DNA from: an uncultured Pseudomonadales bacterium | GTDB taxonomy: Bacteria; Patescibacteriota; Microgenomatia; UBA1400; UBA1396 | NCBI GenBank assembly: GCA_964603945.1 | Contig: CAZRWP010000005.1 | Location: 432-64,431 of the forward strand | Direction of reading: 5' to 3' | Length of the DNA: 64,000 bases | Part shown: positions 29,829 to 41,549 of the stretch, piece after piece | Layout of the letters: every line of letters begins with the position of its first letter | Numbering within the stretch: the stretch's first letter is position 1 | Translations under genes and position numbers: made by a program | The notes under the pieces: generated by a model | What the model saw: only the letters and a program-made list of their open reading frames with translations | The model's database searches: none | What the model was told of the DNA's origin: nothing

Positions 29829-31238
29829 ATGATTAACCGAAGAACTTTGGCACAGGCCACCCCCCAACTTGTCGGACAAACTATCACCTTGATGGGTTGG
29901 GTTCATAATAAACGCGATCACGGTAAATTGACCTTTATTGATTTCCGCGATCACACCGGTATTATTCAGTGTATTGCACAGGGCATGATGTCTGAGCTGA
30001 CTAATGAGTCAGTGGTTGAAGTGACTGGTGTAGTTCAAACTCGACCAGAAAAATTGGTCAATCCAAACTTACCAACCGGCTCAGTCGAATTATCTGTTAC
30101 AGAGTATAAAGTTCTAAATTTGGCTAAAGATTTACCAATTCAAGTTAAGGACGACGGATTAAATGAAGATGAGCAGGTTCGTCTGCGATACCGCTATTTA
30201 GACCTGCGCCGAGAACGAATGCGCAAGATTTTACGTTTGCGATCTGAATTTTATGAGGCTTGGCGCTCAGCTTTGGCCGAATATGACTTTGTGGAAGTGG
30301 AAACTCCGATGCTGACAAAATCCACCAAAGAAGGCGCGCGCGATTTTATTGTTCCTTCCAGATTTCAACCTGGTAAATTCTATGCTTTACCACAAAGTCC
30401 TCAGCAATATAAACAATTACTGATGACGGCTGGTGTGGAGCGTTATTTCCAATTTGCCCGCTGTATTCGTGATGAAGATTTGCGCGCTGACCGAGGGTTT
30501 GAATTTACTCAATTGGATCTGGAGATGAGCTTTGTTGATCGCGAAGATGTGATGAAGGTTTTGGAAGACATGACCATCAAGGCAGTTGAACAAGCTGGCG
30601 GCAAAATTAAAACCAAACCGTTCCCGGTTTATGACTACCAGGAGGCAATTAAGCAATTTGGTGCTGATAAATTTGATCTACGCACTGAAGAAGACAAACA
30701 GAATGGTGTTTTAGCCTTTGCTTGGGTAATTAATTTCCCGTTCTTTAAGAAAGTTGATAAGAAGGACGCCGCCGAAGTTCGCGATAGTCAAAGCGGTTGG
30801 ACCTTTACGCATAACCCCTTTAGCGCCCCATTGCCAGACCATATTGATGACCACTTAGCCAAGCGTAATATCGACCGAATTCTGACCTCTCAGTACGATC
30901 TGGTATGCAATGGTTTTGAAGTAGGTGGCGGTAGTATTCGAGCTCACCAACCGGAAGTTTTACGCACCACCTTTGAAATCATGGGTTACAGCAACGAGCA
31001 AATTGAAGCCAGTGTTGGTCACATGCTGGAAGCTTTTGAGCTAGGCACTCCGCCGCATGGCGGAATTGCTTACGGTTTGGACCGTCTGGTTATGTTACTG
31101 GCGGGCGAGGATTCAATTAAAGAAACCATTGCTTTTCCTATGACTTCTACTGGTCGTACCGCCGTTATGGACGCGCCAGCTGAGGTGAGTGAAGAGCAGT
31201 TGAAGGAATTAGGAATTTGGGTTGAGCAAATTGGTTGA
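29829..31238 (+). CDS. aspS: aspartate--tRNA ligase (short form lacking GAD insertion domain)
   Basis: GWV..KRDHG..FIDFRD, RLRYRYLDLRR, EGARDF, ALPQSPQQYKQLLM, RDEDLRADR, GGGSIR and PPHGGIAYGLDR. Confidence 0.96.
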   Translation: MINRRTLAQATPQLVGQTITLMGWVHNKRDHGKLTFIDFRDHTGIIQCIAQGMMSELTNESVVEVTGVVQTRPEKLVNPNLPTGSVELSVTEYKVLNLAKDLPIQVKDDGLNEDEQVRLRYRYLDLRRERMRKILRLRSEFYEAWRSALAEYDFVEVETPMLTKSTKEGARDFIVPSRFQPGKFYALPQSPQQYKQLLMTAGVERYFQFARCIRDEDLRADRGFEFTQLDLEMSFVDREDVMKVLEDMTIKAVEQAGGKIKTKPFPVYDYQEAIKQFGADKFDLRTEEDKQNGVLAFAWVINFPFFKKVDKKDAAEVRDSQSGWTFTHNPFSAPLPDHIDDHLAKRNIDRILTSQYDLVCNGFEVGGGSIRAHQPEVLRTTFEIMGYSNEQIEASVGHMLEAFELGTPPHGGIAYGLDRLVMLLAGEDSIKETIAFPMTSTGRTAVMDAPAEVSEEQLKELGIWVEQIG

Positions 31239-31423
31239 CCCCACCGGGACTAGCAAGCACGCTCGCTTCCACTCGCTTTGCTTGCACTAGGGTTATCTCG
31301 CATGGATCAGTAGATTAGTATGCTCGATCCCGTTGGAACAGAGACTTCAATCTCGTGCAGAGTCTTAAGCACAAAAAAATCCGCTGTTGCGGATTTTTCT
31401 ATGCTTGTGACCCCACCGGGACT
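31236..31423. mobile_element. 172-bp tRNA-linked mini-element bounded by a 16-bp direct repeat of the tRNA-Glu 3' end
   Basis: TGACCCCACCGGGACT occurs at 31236-31251 and 31408-31423. The intervening DNA is non-coding with several inverted repeats. Confidence 0.65.
31367..31406 (-). terminator. intrinsic (probably bidirectional) terminator downstream of tRNA-Glu
   Basis: Stem AAAAATCCGC (31375-31384) / GCGGATTTTT (31389-31398) with loop TGTT, extended by AAGCA/TGCTT. Gives a U7 tract on the minus strand. Confidence 0.8.
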
Positions 31424-31480
31424 CGAACCCGGGTTGCTGGGATGAAAACCCAGTGTCCTAGACCGCTAGACGATGGGGCC
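31408..31480 (-). tRNA. tRNA-Glu(UUC), CCA not encoded
   Basis: Reverse complement GGCCCCATCGTCTAGCGGTCTAGGACACTGGGTTTTCATCCCAGCAACCCGGGTTCGAGTCCCGGTGGGGTCA; anticodon TTC. Confidence 0.95.
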
Positions 31481-31600
31481 AAACATACTGTGATGCTGAT
31501 CAGGCATTATATCAAACGCCATGACTATAAGTCACCTGTTGCAAAATATGGTAGTTATACTGATAATACCGACATATCTCTGTATAGAGCAGGGTAGCTT

Positions 31601-32443
31601 ATGGCTGGACAGTTACATATTGCAATCACACCGGAAACTTTATTTACCATTGGTGGTTTTGAAGTTACCAATACTTTATTTACCAGCTATCTGGTTACCG
31701 TATTTTTAATTATTTTTCTGCTTTACGCTCGCTCACAATTAAAATTAACTAATCGCCCAACTGGTTTGCAAAACTTACTTGAGGTAATTGTAGGCGGTCT
31801 ATACTCATTTATTGACACCATTACTCACTCAGCTAAGAAAACTGCCACTTTTGCACCGATAATTACCGCATTTTTTGTTTTCATCCTGCTTAACAACTGG
31901 GTGGAATTACTTCCAGGCTTCCATACAATTATCTACACTGGTGAACCTGGCATACATCTGACCAACATCCCTGGAGCTGGCAATACAACTGAAGTTTACG
32001 CGGTCGAAAATCCGACTGAAGAAGTCCATCTAGAAGAAGAAAATGAACACACCGGTGTTGCTTTGCTAAGAGGTGCTAACGCTGATATTAATATGACAAT
32101 TGCTCTGGCCTTAGTATCAGTGGCAGTTATTCAATACTATGGCTTTAAATTCTCCGGAATTAATTATGGTAAGAAATACATTAATTTCTCCAGCCCAATC
32201 TTTTTCTTTGTTGGTCTATTGGAAATAGTATCGGAAATTTCTAAGATTCTATCCTTTGCTTTCCGTTTATTTGGTAATATCTTTGCTGGCGAAGTCTTGA
32301 TTGCCGTTATTTCATTCTTAGTTCCGGTAGTCTTGCCCATGCCATTTATTGGCTTAGAGATTTTTGTCGGCTTTATTCAGGCATTAGTATTTGCCATGCT
32401 GACCCTTGTATTTATAAATATGGCTACAGAAGCCCATCATTAA
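31601..32443 (+). CDS. atpB: ATP synthase F0 subunit a
   Basis: LQNLLE, ADINMTIALAL, SFAFRLFGNIFAGE and FIQALVFAMLT. Confidence 0.96.
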   Translation: MAGQLHIAITPETLFTIGGFEVTNTLFTSYLVTVFLIIFLLYARSQLKLTNRPTGLQNLLEVIVGGLYSFIDTITHSAKKTATFAPIITAFFVFILLNNWVELLPGFHTIIYTGEPGIHLTNIPGAGNTTEVYAVENPTEEVHLEEENEHTGVALLRGANADINMTIALALVSVAVIQYYGFKFSGINYGKKYINFSSPIFFFVGLLEIVSEISKILSFAFRLFGNIFAGEVLIAVISFLVPVVLPMPFIGLEIFVGFIQALVFAMLTLVFINMATEAHH

Positions 32444-32464
32444 AGTAAAGAAAGGATACAAAAT

Positions 32465-32677
32465 ATGGAAAATTTACCTTCTGCTCTCACCATGAGTATT
32501 GGCGGAATCGGTCCGGCTATTGCTATTGGTGTTATTGTTAAAGCGGCTTTGGAATCAATCGGCCGCAATCCAGAAGCTGGAAGCCAAATTCAAACCGCAA
32601 TGATTCTGGGTGTCGCGTTTGCTGAAGCGATTGCTATTTATTCCTTAGTCATTGCTCTGGTACTCAAATTTGTTTAA
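32465..32677 (+). CDS. atpE: ATP synthase F0 subunit c
   Basis: Two TM helices, loop GRNPEA and ion-binding Glu in AFAEAIAIY (no Na+-type ES/T motif, so probably H+). Confidence 0.96.
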   Translation: MENLPSALTMSIGGIGPAIAIGVIVKAALESIGRNPEAGSQIQTAMILGVAFAEAIAIYSLVIALVLKFV

Positions 32678-32695
32678 AAGAAAAGGAGTTCATCC

Positions 32696-33178
32696 ATGGA
32701 GATACAAGTAGGAGCCATACTCCTTCAAATGATTAATTTTGGGATGGTTGTTGGTGCTGTGACAGTGCTATTAATTAAGCCTGTTCGCCGTATTCTTGAT
32801 GAAAGATCTCGTAAAGTTGAAGAGGGAATTAAAGCTAGTGAGTCTGCGATAGCTAAAGAGGCTAATCTGGATAAAAAAGCCAAAGATATTGAGCTTAAGG
32901 CTCAGGAAAAAGCAAAAACAATTCTTGATGAGGCACGAGAAGATGCTAAAGAGCGCCAGGCCACATTACTTAAAGAAGCTAAAAAACAAGCTGAGGCAAT
33001 TAAAGCCAAGGCTCAAGCAGATGCCGCTAAAGAAAAACAGGCTATTTTGTCTGATCTGCAATCTCAGTTTGAATCAGCCGTAGTAGCGGTTGCCGGTAAA
33101 GTTATCGGCGAAGAACTAACTAGCACCAAACATCAATCACTCATTAAAGAAGGATTGAAGGAAATTGAAACTGCCTAA
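32696..33178 (+). CDS. atpF: ATP synthase F0 subunit b
   Basis: QMINF TM segment, KPVRRILDER and a long charged coiled coil; operon position. Confidence 0.93.
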   Translation: MEIQVGAILLQMINFGMVVGAVTVLLIKPVRRILDERSRKVEEGIKASESAIAKEANLDKKAKDIELKAQEKAKTILDEAREDAKERQATLLKEAKKQAEAIKAKAQADAAKEKQAILSDLQSQFESAVVAVAGKVIGEELTSTKHQSLIKEGLKEIETA

Positions 33179-33180
33179 AC

Positions 33181-33393
33181 ATGACTTTAGTTACCGTAAT
33201 CACTGCTATTAGTTTAAATGACAAATTGCGCGAGAAAGTTAAAAAAGTGGCTCAGCAAAAGCTTGGTCATCAGGACTTTGAATTGCGCGAAGAAGTCGAT
33301 CCTTCAGTTATTGGTGGGGTAAAACTGTCAATGTCTGGTCAGGTATTTGACGCCACTATTGCCAATAAGCTAAAGCAGATTGGGCAGAGTTAG
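33181..33393 (+). CDS. atpH: ATP synthase subunit delta, C-terminal domain only
   Basis: VTVITAISL...VDPSVIGGVKL...FDATI; lies between atpF and atpA. Confidence 0.85.
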   Translation: MTLVTVITAISLNDKLREKVKKVAQQKLGHQDFELREEVDPSVIGGVKLSMSGQVFDATIANKLKQIGQS

Positions 33394-33403
33394 AAAGAAC
33401 ATC

Positions 33404-34933
33404 ATGGCTAAGTCAAATACATCTTTACTTGATCGTTTTCAAACAAAACTTGACCAAACTTCGACGTCAGTAAAACCTCGAGTTGCCGGCAAAGTCATCT
33501 CTTTTGGTGATGGCGTGGTGGTGGCTGAAGGCTTAGATGATTTGAAAGCCAGCGAATTGGTTGATTTAGGTCAAGGCAAATTTGGTTTAGCTTTGAATCT
33601 TAACAATCAGACTGTGGGTATTGTGGCTTTAGATGAGGTTCCTCATCTATCTGTAGGTCAGGAAATCTACGGAACTGGTCGCATTTTGTCAATTGGTGTT
33701 GGCGATGAGCTTCTAGGTCGCGTGATTGATCCTCTTGGCAAGCCTTTGGATGACCAGGGTGATTACAAAATCACCAAATATGAGCCTCTAGAAAAGATCG
33801 CGCCAGGAGTGATGGATCGTCAATCGGTTAGTGAACCTCTGCAAACCGGTATCAAGGCCGTCGACGCTATGATTCCAATCGGCCGAGGTCAGCGTGAATT
33901 AATAATTGGCGACCGTGGTACTGGTAAATCATCAATTGCTTTGGGGACTATTCTGAATCAGCATGACCAAGACGTGATCTGTGTTTATGTCTCAATTGGT
34001 CAAAAACGAAGCTTTTTGGCACAAACAATTGCCTTACTAGAAGAACGCGGTGCCATGAACTACACCATTATGGTGACTGCCAGTGCTTCAGATCCAGCAT
34101 CGATGCAGTTTTTAGCTCCTTTTGCCGGGACTTCCGTAGCGGAACACTTCTTAAATCAAGGCAAAGATGTCTTAATTATCTATGATGACCTGTCCAAGCA
34201 TGCACAGGCTTATCGGGAGATTTCTTTGCTCTTGCGCCGTCCCTCTGGTCGCGAGGCCTATCCAGGTGACATTTTTTATCTGCACTCACGTTTATTGGAA
34301 CGTTCTTGCCGTCTGAATGAAGAAAAGGGCGGGGGCTCTATTACCGCTTTACCGATTATTGAAACTCAAGCCAATGACGTATCCGCCTACATTCCAACTA
34401 ATGTTATTTCCATCACTGACGGCCAAATATACCTAGAAGCTGATTTGTTCAACGCCGGTGTTCGACCAGCTATCAATGTAGGTTTATCAGTCTCTCGTGT
34501 CGGCTCCGCCGCCCAAAAGAAAGTTATGAAGCAGGTTGCTGGTCCAATGAAATTGGATCTAGCCCAATTCCGAGAGTTAGAGGCCTTTTCTCAGTTTAGT
34601 TCAGATCTGGATCCAGCGACCAAGAAGCAACTTGACCGCGGACACCGAATTTCCAGTATTCTCAATCAAAACTGGGACACACCTTTATCTCTTGAGCAAC
34701 AGGTTTTAGTTATTTGGGCCGCTACCAGAGGCCATTTAGATGACATTCAACTGGAATTTATAGCAATATGGGAAACAGAGTTTCTTAATTATGTCGCTGA
34801 CAGTGAGCCTGAACTTATCAAGAGTATTCGCCAATCAGCCAAACTTAACGATGAGATAGAAGCCAAACTTGGGGAAATAGTTCATACATTTAACTCACTT
34901 CACCCTGATTGGCACATCGTTAAGGAGGAATAA
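33404..34933 (+). CDS. atpA: ATP synthase F1 subunit alpha
   Basis: GRGQRELIIGDRGTGKS, RRPSGREAYPGDIFYLHSRLLER and PAINVGLSVSRVG. Confidence 0.98.
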   Translation: MAKSNTSLLDRFQTKLDQTSTSVKPRVAGKVISFGDGVVVAEGLDDLKASELVDLGQGKFGLALNLNNQTVGIVALDEVPHLSVGQEIYGTGRILSIGVGDELLGRVIDPLGKPLDDQGDYKITKYEPLEKIAPGVMDRQSVSEPLQTGIKAVDAMIPIGRGQRELIIGDRGTGKSSIALGTILNQHDQDVICVYVSIGQKRSFLAQTIALLEERGAMNYTIMVTASASDPASMQFLAPFAGTSVAEHFLNQGKDVLIIYDDLSKHAQAYREISLLLRRPSGREAYPGDIFYLHSRLLERSCRLNEEKGGGSITALPIIETQANDVSAYIPTNVISITDGQIYLEADLFNAGVRPAINVGLSVSRVGSAAQKKVMKQVAGPMKLDLAQFRELEAFSQFSSDLDPATKKQLDRGHRISSILNQNWDTPLSLEQQVLVIWAATRGHLDDIQLEFIAIWETEFLNYVADSEPELIKSIRQSAKLNDEIEAKLGEIVHTFNSLHPDWHIVKEE

Positions 34934-34939
34934 TCAGTC

Positions 34940-37214
<2,275 letters not shown>

Positions 37215-37274
37215 TTTGTCAGTCTACCGGCGGGAAAAATGTAAATAATGATAACTCACAAATAAACAACTAAT

Positions 37275-37706
37275 ATGTCAAACAAAACACTCAAACTAGA
37301 GATCGTTACTCAGGAGAAACAACTACTGAAAACAGAAGTTACTTCGGTGAGTGTAGCCACGGAAGTTGGCGAAATTACCATTTTGCCTGACCATATTCCT
37401 TTATTTACTAAATTAGCTACCGGCGAGCTTAGATACCGTGAACCAAATTCAAACAAAACTAATTACTTCGCCATTTCTGGCGGTTTTATGGATGTCGGAG
37501 TTAGCGGTCAGGTAACTGTTTTAGCTGATGAGGCATTGCGCGCTGACGATATTAACGAAGCCATGGCGGAGCAAGCTCGTCAGGAAGCTGAAGAAGCTAT
37601 GAAAAATCAAACTTCCCAGCGTGACTTTATTCTGGCTGAGGCTTCTTTGCGCAAAGCTTTGAACGAGCTGAAAATCGCCAACAAGCGCAAGAGTTCTAAA
37701 CGGTAA
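37275..37706 (+). CDS. atpC: ATP synthase F1 subunit epsilon
   Basis: LEIVT, GEITILPDHIP, ISGGFMDV and a C-terminal helical hairpin. Confidence 0.94.
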   Translation: MSNKTLKLEIVTQEKQLLKTEVTSVSVATEVGEITILPDHIPLFTKLATGELRYREPNSNKTNYFAISGGFMDVGVSGQVTVLADEALRADDINEAMAEQARQEAEEAMKNQTSQRDFILAEASLRKALNELKIANKRKSSKR

Positions 37707-37784
37707 GTCAGATTTTCCATCCAACTAAGCAGACTGACTTTGTGTTTCACCCATCATTTCATTTTTACTTGATATACTGATGAC

Positions 37785-38186
37785 ATGAGCACAATCTTTT
37801 CCAAGATCTATCATGGCGAACTGCCAGGCTTTGTGATTGCTGAATCACCAAAGTCTTTTGCTATTCTCAATCGTTTTCCCACCCAACCCGGTCATGCTTT
37901 AGTTATGCCAAAACAGGAAATTGGCTACTTATTTGATCTGCCCCTGGAGGATTACCAAGACATAATGGAGCTTACTTATAAAGTTGCACCTGCTCTAAAA
38001 GCGGTTACTAAAGCTAACAAGATCGGCTTAGCGGTTGAAGGCTTTGGGGTTAAAGATCACGCTCATATTCACTTAATTCCGATTAACTCTAGCGCTGACT
38101 TTAGTACTTCGATGGCTCCTGAGGCCACCGATGAAGAGTTGGCAGAAATAGCTGAGCAGTTTTCCAGGCATTGGCCACAAGCTTAA
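37785..38186 (+). CDS. HIT family nucleotide hydrolase
   Basis: TIFSKI..GELP, PGHALVMPK and histidine triad HAHIH. Confidence 0.92.
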   Translation: MSTIFSKIYHGELPGFVIAESPKSFAILNRFPTQPGHALVMPKQEIGYLFDLPLEDYQDIMELTYKVAPALKAVTKANKIGLAVEGFGVKDHAHIHLIPINSSADFSTSMAPEATDEELAEIAEQFSRHWPQA

Positions 38187-38212
38187 GGTGAAAGTTTGCT
38201 ATAATTTTCACC

Positions 38213-39379
38213 ATGTCATCGACACTAAAAATAGATGAAGCCCCTGAATTTGATAAGACAATCTTAATCGGTGGCGGTCACTTGACCCCAGCTTTAGCCA
38301 CGATTGAATACTTTCAAAAAAATCATCCCAATATCCGTCTTATTTTTGTCGGACGAGAATTTTCTCAGGAAAAAGAAGAGCAATTAGCCAAGGAGCGAGA
38401 AGCCTGTGAAGAATTAGGCATTCCTTTTTACGCGATTGAGGCCGCCAAGTTTCACCGTTCAGTTTGGTGGCGCAATATTTTAGAGATTCCCCGCTTGCTA
38501 CCGTCTTTTTGGGAAGCCTATCAGATTGTCAGACAAAACAATGTTGATCTATTTTTAAGCTTTGGCGGATATCTAGCTGTGCCAATTGCTTTGGTAACTA
38601 AACTGCAGGGCAAAAAGATTGTCACCCATGAGCAGACTCGAAGTTCTGGTCTCGCCAATGAATTAATTGCCTTAATTGCCGACAAAGTAGCTATCTCTTT
38701 TCCAGAATCAGCTGATCAATTTCCCAAACATAAAACTATCTTGACCGGCAATCCCATCCGTCAGAAACTTTTACGCTCATATAAACGCCCGCCAGCTTGG
38801 TTGCCAACCAAGATTAAACCAATTCTTTATATTACCGGTGGCAGTCAAGGTTCTCAGGTGATTAATAATGCGGTTGGACAAATCTTAGCTGAACTAACCG
38901 CCAAATTTACCGTTATTCATCAGTGTGGCCGCAGTCCAAATCAACGCTATTTGCGTCACCTGGAAGAGCAAGCACTAGAACTACCAGAAAATCTTCAACA
39001 GCATTATTTCCCGCGTGAATGGATCGATGAGCAGGAAATTAGCTGGTTTATGCAGCATGCCGCGCTAGCTATTTCCCGTTCCGGTGCCAACACAACTTTA
39101 GAAATGACAATTCATGCATTACCGGCCATCTTTATTCCTTTGCCTTTTGCTCACAATAATGAGCAGTGGAAAAATGCCCAAAGTATGGTTCAAGCGGAAG
39201 CGGCCGTTTTACTTGAGCAAAAAGACTTAACTCCTTCAGCTTTGTTGGAAAAAGTTATGGATACCTCAGCTAAACGAGGATACATGCGCAAACGTGCCGA
39301 AAAACTACGTGACAATTTAATCTTGGACGGAGCTGAAAACTTAGGCAAACTTTGTCTATCTCTGCTACCATCACGGTAA
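38213..39379 (+). CDS. murG: lipid II GlcNAc transferase MurG
   Basis: GGGHLTPA, FGGYLAVP, HEQ, TGNPIR, GGSQGS, SRSGA and EQWKNA. Confidence 0.92.
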   Translation: MSSTLKIDEAPEFDKTILIGGGHLTPALATIEYFQKNHPNIRLIFVGREFSQEKEEQLAKEREACEELGIPFYAIEAAKFHRSVWWRNILEIPRLLPSFWEAYQIVRQNNVDLFLSFGGYLAVPIALVTKLQGKKIVTHEQTRSSGLANELIALIADKVAISFPESADQFPKHKTILTGNPIRQKLLRSYKRPPAWLPTKIKPILYITGGSQGSQVINNAVGQILAELTAKFTVIHQCGRSPNQRYLRHLEEQALELPENLQQHYFPREWIDEQEISWFMQHAALAISRSGANTTLEMTIHALPAIFIPLPFAHNNEQWKNAQSMVQAEAAVLLEQKDLTPSALLEKVMDTSAKRGYMRKRAEKLRDNLILDGAENLGKLCLSLLPSR

Positions 39380-40155
39380 TGACACCCCGACTAAAACGGA
39401 AAACTGATCAGTCGCAACCGCTCAAACAACGGACCGCAAATAATGGCATTCAGCCAAAATCGCCAGTCAATTGGCTAAAGAGATTAATTAGTTTAATAGT
39501 CCTAATTGGAATTCTTGGAGGTGTGCTGTGGTTTCTTTGGCAGGCTCCAAGCAAAGTCGAGTGTGTAACTAATCTCAACTCCTACTGCAATGAAATGATC
39601 ATGGAGTCACTAAAACCGCTAAGTAATACGCCCTGGGTAAAAATCAAATCTCGTTTTGCAGATCAACAGGAGCAAATCCTAGCTCAGCATGATGATTTAG
39701 TCGCTATTACTTTACACCGTCGGCCCCTTCACCAGATCGAAATTACGGCTGAGTATGCACAACCGCTTTTCATGGCAACTGTCGATGGCCAAAGCTGGCA
39801 AGTACTAAGCAATGCTTATTTGAAGCCAATTGAAAAACCAGGCTTGCCAGTAATGACTTTTCCCAATCAGGAAATGTTAAATTCTTTATCTGATGAAGAT
39901 CGACAAAATTACGCTTATTTGTATCAAAATCTGTCAGCTTTTTCTCCCAGATGTAAATCAATTAATATAAATTCTAGAGCTGAGATTACGGCAGAGTTTG
40001 AAAATAGCGGACAAGTTTTACTCAAAATTGGGGACCACCAGATCATAGATAAACAGCTCGCTACTTTACAAGCCTTTTTGCGCTCCTCTACAATGGATCA
40101 AGACTATAATCTGCTGGACCTTCGTTTTGATGGTGTAGCTGTGGTAAAGGAATGA
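39379..40155 (+). CDS. divergent FtsQ/DivIB-like cell division protein
   Basis: Basic N-tail, single TM helix and C-terminal LLDLRF. Lies between murG and ftsA with overlapping stop/start codons. Confidence 0.7.
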   Translation: MTPRLKRKTDQSQPLKQRTANNGIQPKSPVNWLKRLISLIVLIGILGGVLWFLWQAPSKVECVTNLNSYCNEMIMESLKPLSNTPWVKIKSRFADQQEQILAQHDDLVAITLHRRPLHQIEITAEYAQPLFMATVDGQSWQVLSNAYLKPIEKPGLPVMTFPNQEMLNSLSDEDRQNYAYLYQNLSAFSPRCKSININSRAEITAEFENSGQVLLKIGDHQIIDKQLATLQAFLRSSTMDQDYNLLDLRFDGVAVVKE

Positions 40156-41465
40156 TGTCTAAAAACAATGTGGTCGCGGCGATCGATATTGGAACCGCCA
40201 AAATATGTACTTTAATTGCTGTCGTGGAAGAGGGCGGGGAACTGCGTATTGTTGGTGCCTCTTCCGTTCATAGTCAGGGAATTCGTAAAAGCCAAATTGT
40301 AAATCTCGAAGAAGCTACTTTAGCCATTACTGAAAGCGTTGACGCCGCCGAACGGATGGCCGGCTTTAATATTTCAGAAGCCTACGTGTCGGTTAGTGGG
40401 CGCCATATTCAATCGCAAAATTCTAAAGGGGTCGTGGCCGTGGCTGATCCTCAGGGAGATATTATTCAAGAAGACATTGACCGGGTGATTGAAGCCGCCA
40501 GAGCCGTATCATTGCCGTCTAATCGCGAAATATTGCATGTTATCCCTACCTCATACCAAGTTGACTCTCAGGATGGCATAAAGGACCCAATTGGCATGTC
40601 TGGCGTCCGCTTAGAAGCGCAAACCCATATCATCACCGGCTCAACAACCGTTTTGAAGAATATCCGCAAGTGCGTGGAGCAACTTGGAATTCAAGTGGGC
40701 GGCTTTGTGTTTAGCGGAGTCGCCGCCGCCGAAGCCGTTATTACTGATACCGAAAAGGAGTTAGGTGTAATTCTGTTGGACATTGGCGCTGGCTCAACCG
40801 CGCTCAGTGTTTATGTTGAAGGCTCCCTGATGTATTCTGGCGTAATTCCAGTTGGCGCTTTGCACGTGACTAAAGATATCGCGCTTGGCTCACGCATCAG
40901 TATTCCAGCGGCTGAAACTATCAAGCATAGTCTTTCAAATTTACCACCAGTCTCGCCAACCCGTCTGCCTAATGAGTCACGAGAAGAAGCTCGTGCCCGA
41001 CAAAAAAGGGAAGATACTATTGATTTAAATGAGTTAGGTTTGGAGGAAGAAGTTAAAACACTCTCTCGAAAAAACTTAGTCGATGGCATAATTGTGCCCC
41101 GCCTACGCGAAATTATGGAGCTGGCGCATGAAGAGCTCAAAAAGCAGGAAATATTGGACGAGGTTCCATCTGGCTTGGTTTTAACCGGCGGCGGCGCCGA
41201 AACCGTCGGTGTCGTTGAGACTGCTCGCCGGGTAATGAATTTACCTGCCAGAGTCGGTCGGCCAGTTGGCTTGCGCGGTTTAATTGATGAAATTGAAACA
41301 CCAATGTACAGCACAGTAACTGGACTACTGACTTATGGCAAGAAACAAGGCATTAGCCAGGTCAGCAGTCATGGCGGCTTTTCTTTGGGCGGCCTACCTA
41401 AAGGAATCAAGCCGAACTCGATCTTTAGTGGTATAAAAAAACTTATTCAATCGATCTGGCCTTAG
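40152..41465 (+). CDS. ftsA: cell division protein FtsA
   Basis: IDIGTAKI, DPIGMSGVRLE, LLDIGAGST, VLTGGGA and PARVGRP. Confidence 0.96.
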   Translation: MMSKNNVVAAIDIGTAKICTLIAVVEEGGELRIVGASSVHSQGIRKSQIVNLEEATLAITESVDAAERMAGFNISEAYVSVSGRHIQSQNSKGVVAVADPQGDIIQEDIDRVIEAARAVSLPSNREILHVIPTSYQVDSQDGIKDPIGMSGVRLEAQTHIITGSTTVLKNIRKCVEQLGIQVGGFVFSGVAAAEAVITDTEKELGVILLDIGAGSTALSVYVEGSLMYSGVIPVGALHVTKDIALGSRISIPAAETIKHSLSNLPPVSPTRLPNESREEARARQKREDTIDLNELGLEEEVKTLSRKNLVDGIIVPRLREIMELAHEELKKQEILDEVPSGLVLTGGGAETVGVVETARRVMNLPARVGRPVGLRGLIDEIETPMYSTVTGLLTYGKKQGISQVSSHGGFSLGGLPKGIKPNSIFSGIKKLIQSIWP

Positions 41466-41549
41466 AATCGAGATTTATCTATCAACATTTTTGACAAATA
41501 CTAGTCTTGGCAAAGTATTGACCAGGCTGTAAGATAGCAATCACACGTT

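Noticed and set aside
29793-29954. N-terminal extension of the helicase ORF in the track
   Set aside because: It is antisense to the conserved aspS N-terminus; ATG 29792 gives a normal domain start.
31355-31709. ORFs 31355..31597 and 31521..31709
   Set aside because: They overlap tRNA-Glu, its terminator and atpB; no protein features.
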